A stretch of 64,000 nucleotides of DNA, from the IMG/VR virus record IMGVR_UViG_2728368913_000005, positions 7,319 through 71,318 of that record; one strand, given 5' to 3'. A program made the translations under genes and the position numbers. Source of the stretch: a virus. Its lineage: Duplodnaviria > Caudoviricetes. The notes beneath the pieces were generated by a model. The model saw nothing but the letters and a program-made list of their open reading frames with translations, did no database searches and had not been told where the DNA came from. Positions 57,945-64,000 of the stretch are shown piece after piece (the first letter of the stretch is position 1; the number at the start of each line of letters is the position of its first letter).

Positions 57945-58688
57945 TCACCCCAGCGAGATACCCACTTGACACCCCTCAGCGAAGAAGCCTTGTAATGTGT
58001 TCCAATTTTTTCCGTCCTGCGAAAATGAGAGAATCTCTTCGTCCCCCTTCAAGAACCATCCCTCGAACTCCATATTAATTCTTTCTATGGCTATGGCGTG
58101 AGGCGGAGAAACTCTGATTTGCAAAGCGACATCACCAATCCCCCTAAGCAGTCTAATCCGAGGACCTACTATCTCAACATCCCAGTTTTCATCGCCCGCA
58201 TAAAACTCATTATCAACAATTTTCAAAGTAGTTGCACCGGTCACATCGGAAAACATTCCAGAGAGGCGAATAGGCGCGCCTTCTTCTTCAGGCGGCAGAA
58301 GAGAAATCAAGTTGACCCCCTTAACCTGAATAATAACTGCACAATCGATAAAGTCTTGGCCCGCGAATCTCACAGAAATTGGCTCAGGCCCAAAATCAAA
58401 AAGCTCCGAAGCAAACCCCTGCTGCTTGCATTTAGGGTTTTGATTTGCACGAGCCACGGTTTCGGCTGATAACGTGCCACGTGCGCGTTTTTGATTGCAT
58501 TGTGAACAAAGCAAAGTCATCCCGTTCGGATTGTGCTCAGTCGCGTCTTTGAAATCTGGATCGAAGTGTTCGTATTCATAATAGGCAAGGCCACATCTCA
58601 CACATCCGAATCCGCATCGCCGGCGTATTTCTCTACGAATCGCTGCGGGTATGGTTCGCCCCAATCCGAACTTGTTTTTCTCGCCCAT
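57945..58688 (-). CDS. HNH-domain protein with beta-rich C-terminus, antisense moron
   Basis: RRCGFGCVRCG...YEHFDP...LLCSQCN. Confidence 0.82.
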   Translation of the reverse strand: MGEKNKFGLGRTIPAAIRREIRRRCGFGCVRCGLAYYEYEHFDPDFKDATEHNPNGMTLLCSQCNQKRARGTLSAETVARANQNPKCKQQGFASELFDFGPEPISVRFAGQDFIDCAVIIQVKGVNLISLLPPEEEGAPIRLSGMFSDVTGATTLKIVDNEFYAGDENWDVEIVGPRIRLLRGIGDVALQIRVSPPHAIAIERINMEFEGWFLKGDEEILSFSQDGKNWNTLQGFFAEGCQVGISLG

Positions 58689-58744
58689 TAGTACTGCTTC
58701 CTAAGTTCTTAGACTCTTTAATATAGATCAATAGATGGAAACAC

Positions 58745-58942
58745 ATGAACAATCTTTGGTGGCGACTGCTCGCCAAGCTACTCGCCCAACCCACCACAGC
58801 GAAGGTGGTGCTGCCTGAGATCCTTTACCTACCGTATCGTGACGAGTTTGAGAGCGCCGACCAGTATGCAACTGCGGTTGGCGAGGCAAAGACTCGGAAC
58901 TCCTGCCTTGATGAAGTCGCCAAGCTGAACACCCCGCAGTAA
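58745..58942 (+). pseudogene. Chimeric stub of two phage genes
   Basis: N-terminus matches the stub at 61119; C-terminus identical to end of 46594..47076 (CLDEVAKLNTPQ). Confidence 0.65.
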
Positions 58943-58989
58943 CCACCCACTACTTTCAACGACTCACGCCACCCCGGCGAGGATGAACT

Positions 58990-61089
58990 ATGTCCGCTCA
59001 CCAGAAGAAACACCCCTTCGATTTTAAAACCCAGTACGGCCTTGGCTTCAATCCGCAAGACGATGAGATCGTTGTGGACTTTTTCTGTGGTGGCGGCGGC
59101 GCCGGAACAGGGCTGGAAATGGGCCTTGGGCGCACCGTCAGCGTGGCCAAGAATCACAGCCCGGCAGCGATCAGCATGCACACCGTGAATCACCCGGGTG
59201 CGAAGCACTTCACGACTGATGTATTCGACGGCGATCCGGATGCGAAATGCGGCGGCAAGGCCGTGGGCTGGTTCCACATGAGCCCGGATTGCACCCATCA
59301 CAGCCAGGCCGCTGGCGGGCAGCCGCGCAAGCGCGAGATCCGCAACCTGTCTTGGATCGGCTTGAAGTGGGCAGGCAAGAAGAAACCCCGCGTCATCAGC
59401 CTGGAGAACGTGAAGCAGATCCTGCAGTGGGGGCCGCTGGTAGCCAAGCGTTGCAAATCGACCGGGCGGGTCGTGAAGCTGGGCGGCGGTATTGCTGCAC
59501 CGGGTGAGGTTGTGCCGGTCGATCAGCAGTTTCTGGTGCCAGACCCTGCCCGGCGCGGCCAGACGTGGGCGGTGTTCGTGGCCGAGCTGGAGCGCCTGGG
59601 CTATGCCGTCGAGTGGCGTGTGATCCGAGCGTGCGACTTCGGCGCGCCGACCAGCCGGGAACGCCTGTTCATGATTGCCCGCTGCGACGGGCAGCCGATC
59701 GTGTGGCCAGAGCCGACCCACGCCAAGCGCCCCACCAAAGTCCAGAAGCCTTGGAGGACAGCCGCCGAATGCATCGACTTCACCGACCTGGGCAAAAGCA
59801 TATTCGGACGCAAGAAAGACCTGGCGCCGGCCACCCTGCGCCGGGTCGCCAAGGGCATGAAGAAGTTCGTCATCGACAACCCGGCCCCCTTCATCGTCCC
59901 GATCGCGAACTGGTCGGGCGAGACGGTGCAATCTGCCAACGAACCGCTGCGCACGGTGACGTCATATCCAAAGGGCGGCGCTTTCTCGGTCGTCAGCCCA
60001 TTCATCGCGCCAGCGACACACCAAGGCAGCGATCGCATCAACGATCCACTTGAGCCGCTGCCAACGGTGACGTGCGCCAACCGCGGCGAACTGACGCTGA
60101 TCAGCCCTACCCTTATCCAGTCTGGCTACGGCGAGCGGGAAGGCCAACAGCCCCGCGTGCCGGGGATTGAACAGCCATTAGGGACGGTCGTTGCCGGTGG
60201 CGTTAAGCAAGCGCTCACAAGCTCGATACTGGTGGGTGCTGGCGGGCCAGTTTATGCAGGCAAGCCAGTAGCAGCAGATCAGCCGGTGGGCACGTTGATG
60301 ACTCAGAACCACCGAGCGGTGGCCACGGCATTCATGGCTCAGATGAACGGTGGCTTCAACACCATCCACGCCAAAGGCGCTGACGAGCCCATGACGACGA
60401 TCACCAATACTGGCAGCCAGCAGCAACTGGTGACAGCAACGCTGATCACCAACACAACGGGCCACGGACCGACGAACCTTGAAAGCCCGGTGCTGACCCT
60501 AACAACAGGTCAGCACCATGCCCTTGTGGCCGCAAACCTGGTGCATCTACGCGGCAACTGTGATGCGCGGGACGTGAACGATCCGCTGCACACCATCAGC
60601 GTAGGCGGCCAGCACCATGGCTTGGTCACGGCGTTCATGAAACGGGAGTTCGGTTGCAGTCTCGGCCAGCCTTTGGATGAGCCCGCACCTACCGTTACAG
60701 CAGGTGGTGGCGGTAAAAGCTCTGTCGTATCGCTCAGGCTCTCCCCAGAGCATGAGGAAGGTGCACTGCGCGTCGCCGCATTCCTGATCAGCTATTACGG
60801 CACCGAGAACGTGAGCGGTGCGGGTGAGCCAGCACCAACCATCACCACCAAGGATCGCTTGGCGCTAGTCACCGTCATGGTCAAGGGCACGCCCTACGTG
60901 ATCGTCGACATCTGCCTGCGGATGCTCAACCCGTCCGAGCTTTACAAGGCTCAGGGCTTCCCCGCCGACTACGTCATAACACACGGCGCCGACGGCAAAC
61001 CGTTCACTAAAACTCAGCAGGTTCACATGTGTGGCAACAGCGTGAGCCCGCCGCCTATGACAGCGCTCGCTCGAGCGAACGACCCGTAG
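58990..61089 (+). CDS. Large C5-cytosine DNA methyltransferase with repeated variable region
   Basis: FFCGGGG, SPDC, ENV, RERLF, QGFP, GNSV; TAG probably replaces TGG about 11 codons before the ancestral end. Confidence 0.88.
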   Translation: MSAHQKKHPFDFKTQYGLGFNPQDDEIVVDFFCGGGGAGTGLEMGLGRTVSVAKNHSPAAISMHTVNHPGAKHFTTDVFDGDPDAKCGGKAVGWFHMSPDCTHHSQAAGGQPRKREIRNLSWIGLKWAGKKKPRVISLENVKQILQWGPLVAKRCKSTGRVVKLGGGIAAPGEVVPVDQQFLVPDPARRGQTWAVFVAELERLGYAVEWRVIRACDFGAPTSRERLFMIARCDGQPIVWPEPTHAKRPTKVQKPWRTAAECIDFTDLGKSIFGRKKDLAPATLRRVAKGMKKFVIDNPAPFIVPIANWSGETVQSANEPLRTVTSYPKGGAFSVVSPFIAPATHQGSDRINDPLEPLPTVTCANRGELTLISPTLIQSGYGEREGQQPRVPGIEQPLGTVVAGGVKQALTSSILVGAGGPVYAGKPVAADQPVGTLMTQNHRAVATAFMAQMNGGFNTIHAKGADEPMTTITNTGSQQQLVTATLITNTTGHGPTNLESPVLTLTTGQHHALVAANLVHLRGNCDARDVNDPLHTISVGGQHHGLVTAFMKREFGCSLGQPLDEPAPTVTAGGGGKSSVVSLRLSPEHEEGALRVAAFLISYYGTENVSGAGEPAPTITTKDRLALVTVMVKGTPYVIVDICLRMLNPSELYKAQGFPADYVITHGADGKPFTKTQQVHMCGNSVSPPPMTALARANDP

Positions 61090-61367
61090 CGCACATCAAC
61101 TCAACATCAGGTGGCAGCATGATCAATCTCTTCTGGCGACTGCTCGCCGAGCTACTCGCGCGCCACGCAATGGCTTCCTGACCAGCGGTGCTGATCAGGT
61201 GCGTGGCTTGACAGTGCTGTAAAGAGAGCAGCAGTGAACATCCGGCGCCCGGCTTTTATAAAATTACGCCGCTTGTCGCCCCCTACTGCGGGAACGGCAG
61301 TAGGAGGCCGATACAGATGCATCACCCTTCTGGTTCGGATAGGGAAAACAAGGAAGGCTACACTACG

Positions 61368-63008
61368 ATGAATCTCTTACGCGGCACTATGTTATCAACA
61401 CGGCTGATTTCTGCGTTTGTAGTATGCGCAGTTGTTACACTAGGTGTCGGTTTTATCGGATATACGGGAATTACCGGCCTCAAAAACAGCGTAGATGGAA
61501 TCGTAAACAACAACCTTATATCTGTATACAGCACGAGCAACGCCCGTTCAAATGCTATAGCACATTACCGTGACTTACACCGCGCATTGCTGTTCAAATT
61601 CGCGAAAGCAGATCAAGCCAAATATGAAGATGTTATAAGGTCCTTAGCAGACAACCAGCAAGAGGTGGAGCAACTTTTCAAAATATATCGGAAAACTCCT
61701 TTGCAAGACGATGAACGCATTGCAGGTGACCAGTTTGAAAAATCGTGGCCAGCTTATATAAACGCATCCTCTAAAGTAATCGAATTAGCGGCGAAAGGTG
61801 ACCTTGAAAGTGCGACCAGGCTATTCGAGCAAGAAGTGGATCCTGAATACAAAAAAGCAAACGATGACCTAAAGATAATAGTAGCTTCTAATAAGCGCCA
61901 GAGCGACGAAGCCGCAGTAGAAGCCGTGAAAACCTCAAACACCGCCTATTGGTCATTAGCCGTAGGTGTAGTGATCGCATTCATTGCCGCGATTATTCTG
62001 GGTTTATTGGTAACACGCTCGATCACTCGGCCGCTTCTTGGGGCACTGCGGACCGCAAAACAAGTGGCCGACGGCGACCTTTCTCAAAAAATTGATGTAA
62101 GCGGGAACGACGAGATTAGCACACTGCAATCAGCACTGAGCATAATGCAAATTAACCTAAGAGATACTATTCAGGAGATCGCTAATGCGGCTGATCAACT
62201 AGCATCTGCGTCCGAAGAGCTGAATGCAGTTACGGAGGAAAGCGCCAAAGCACTGATACGTCAGAACGATGAAATTCAGCAAGCCGCTACGGCGGTTAAT
62301 GAGATGACAGCCGCGGTAGAAGAGGTAGCTCGTAACGCGTCTGGAGCCTCTGAGTCCTCTGAAGAAACCAGCCGTAGTGCTATTCAAGGACGTGACCAAG
62401 TAAAGAACGCAGTTGGATCGGTTAATACAATGGCAGAGCAGATTTCTCAATCGACTGAAAAAGTCACGGTACTCGCGACGAGAGTCAACGAGATAACCGG
62501 AGTTCTCGCGGTCATTCAGTCAATCGCCCAGCAAACCAACCTCTTGGCCTTGAATGCCGCAATCGAGGCTGCCAGGGCTGGCGAGCAGGGTCGCGGCTTT
62601 GCCGTAGTCGCCGATGAAGTACGTGCCCTTGCGCATCGAACGCAAGCATCAACTACAGACATCGAGTCTATGATGAGCCAGATCCGTGCCGGTGCGGATG
62701 AAGCAGTGATCGCCATGAATAACAGTAGGAGCCTTGCAGGAGAAACCCGTGACCAAGCGATTGAGGCAGGCCACGCGCTAGACAGAATAACCGAAGGTGT
62801 TTCAACGATTAACGAGAAAAATCTCGTAATCGCAAGTGCTGCCGAAGAGCAAGCTCACGTAGCTCGTGAGGTGGATAGAAACTTGGTCAACATTCAAGAT
62901 ATCTCTACTCAGACCGCAACTGGCGCACACCAGACCAATGCTTCAAGTGCCGAGCTCTCCCGACTGGCTGCCTCATTTGGATTGCTGGTTAATAAGTTTA
63001 AACTCTGA
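61368..63008 (+). CDS. Methyl-accepting chemotaxis protein (four-helix sensor, HAMP, signalling domain)
   Basis: Two TMs; [31 protein letters not shown]. Confidence 0.95.
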   Translation: MNLLRGTMLSTRLISAFVVCAVVTLGVGFIGYTGITGLKNSVDGIVNNNLISVYSTSNARSNAIAHYRDLHRALLFKFAKADQAKYEDVIRSLADNQQEVEQLFKIYRKTPLQDDERIAGDQFEKSWPAYINASSKVIELAAKGDLESATRLFEQEVDPEYKKANDDLKIIVASNKRQSDEAAVEAVKTSNTAYWSLAVGVVIAFIAAIILGLLVTRSITRPLLGALRTAKQVADGDLSQKIDVSGNDEISTLQSALSIMQINLRDTIQEIANAADQLASASEELNAVTEESAKALIRQNDEIQQAATAVNEMTAAVEEVARNASGASESSEETSRSAIQGRDQVKNAVGSVNTMAEQISQSTEKVTVLATRVNEITGVLAVIQSIAQQTNLLALNAAIEAARAGEQGRGFAVVADEVRALAHRTQASTTDIESMMSQIRAGADEAVIAMNNSRSLAGETRDQAIEAGHALDRITEGVSTINEKNLVIASAAEEQAHVAREVDRNLVNIQDISTQTATGAHQTNASSAELSRLAASFGLLVNKFKL

Positions 63009-63349
63009 ATAATAACTGATCAGAGTGCGCGCATGTTATACGCACCTGATGATAGTCTATCCATGTGCATAGTCGCTATCCAAGCGTCTCTGCTAATAAG
63101 TCAAGAATAGGTTCCGGCCTAAGTAGCTGAAACCTAACTCAGAGAACAGTGTGCGCCCTTACACTTATATAAGCTAAACGCACTAGGCTTCAAAAACCTT
63201 AAACGCGTCAACAGAGAAATATTACAACCTTGAATTAAATGAGGTGGGGGTATGACATCATCCGATTTGAGATCGCAGCGAACTGGACTGATGAACCCGT
63301 GCCAAGCTAGATAGGCCTTCTGATGCCGAGAATTAGCCTCCTCCCAATG

Positions 63350-63742
63350 GTACGAGAGGCTTGGCAGGCTGACGCTCAGGTGAATGCGATCGCGCCGCGA
63401 GAGCTGAGCCATGGTGAACCGATTCAGTACCCGGCGGATGGAGCCTCTAGGCAAAACGGATGCTCGATGATCACGCCAGGGAAAACTCGGCCATCCATTC
63501 ACATGCCGCGCTGGGTCAGCCGCATACTGCTGGAGATCAATGATGTGCGGGTTGAGCGTCTGCAGGACATCAGCGAAGGGCAGGCAGAGGGCGTCAACTT
63601 CCTGCGTTCAGCACCAGACCTCGATGAGACGCTGACCGCTGCGCAGCTCTTCGATTGCCTTTGGTCGTCCATCAACAGTGCCGATTCATGGAACGCCAAC
63701 CCATGGGTCTGGGTAGTTGAGTTCAAGCCGGTGACGCGATGA
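63350..63742 (+). pseudogene. 5'-truncated ASCH-like gene
   Basis: VREAWQADA...PSIHMPRW...NPWVWVVEF matches the 3' part of 47568..48215. Confidence 0.85.
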
Positions 63743-63781
63743 CAGGCTGCCAAGCATTAGAACAAGCCTGCGTCAACGACG

Positions 63782-64000
63782 TCAGCCTATGCTAAGCAAC
63801 CGCGCTGGCGGTTTCTCATCAGCTTTCCGGTAGAGATATTGACGCCATTCCCGAAAGGCGCTTTGCTGACGCGAGCATGCATCCCTCCACTGCTCACCAC
63901 CCACCTGCCCCACATGCAGGGCCATCATTATTTCAGTGGCCTTGTCGAGCTCGCCCACTAAATCATGTGCATTGGTTGTATCGAAATAATTGGTGTTCAT
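63782..64000 (-). CDS. Small antisense helical protein
   Basis: AHDLVGELD..MMAL...W..A..R...AF..W pattern shared with 48287..48499; start at window edge. Confidence 0.65.
   Translation of the reverse strand: MNTNYFDTTNAHDLVGELDKATEIMMALHVGQVGGEQWRDACSRQQSAFREWRQYLYRKADEKPPARLLSIG

Larger units (their letters stand above)
51165..64000. mobile_element. Decayed composite prophage relic with retained cargo genes
   Basis: Fragments homologous to early genes of the upstream prophage, same orientation, many frameshifts and stops. Confidence 0.88.

Noticed and set aside
61288-61314. FliA promoter for the MCP gene
   Set aside because: GCCGATAC matches the -10 but no TCAAG/TAAA -35 is present at the right spacing.
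1-64000. Reverse transcriptase, retron, DGR or IS transposase
   Set aside because: No RT or DDE transposase motifs were seen in any ORF.

Overview
The window holds most of a lambda-like (siphovirus-type) temperate prophage, probably of a Pseudomonas host (inferred from gene families and codon style). It runs from inside the tail-tip gene J at base 1 to an attachment site at about 50.9 kb. On the minus strand are the tail, head, terminase, Q/nin, replication and cII/cro genes. On the plus strand are cI, the pL early operon (recT, YqaJ exonuclease, yfdPQ-like genes, two DNA methyltransferases, Lar-like, ASCH-like), xis and int. The prophage ends at a duplicated 3' half of tRNA-Leu(TAA). From about 51.2 kb to the end lies a decayed, composite relic of related prophage early regions. 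There, most phage genes are stubs or pseudogenes, while the cargo genes between them look intact. The main observations are: (i) sense phage genes alternate with antisense, AT-rich, often defence-like cargo genes, many preceded by the same promoter-like motif and hairpin; (ii) a roughly 390-nt structured pL leader with boxA but no recognisable N gene; (iii) a nested alternative-frame ORF inside the C5 methyltransferase gene; (iv) a repeated GCGCCAC-N21-GTGGCGC palindrome. All product calls come from recognising motifs by eye; no searches were run.
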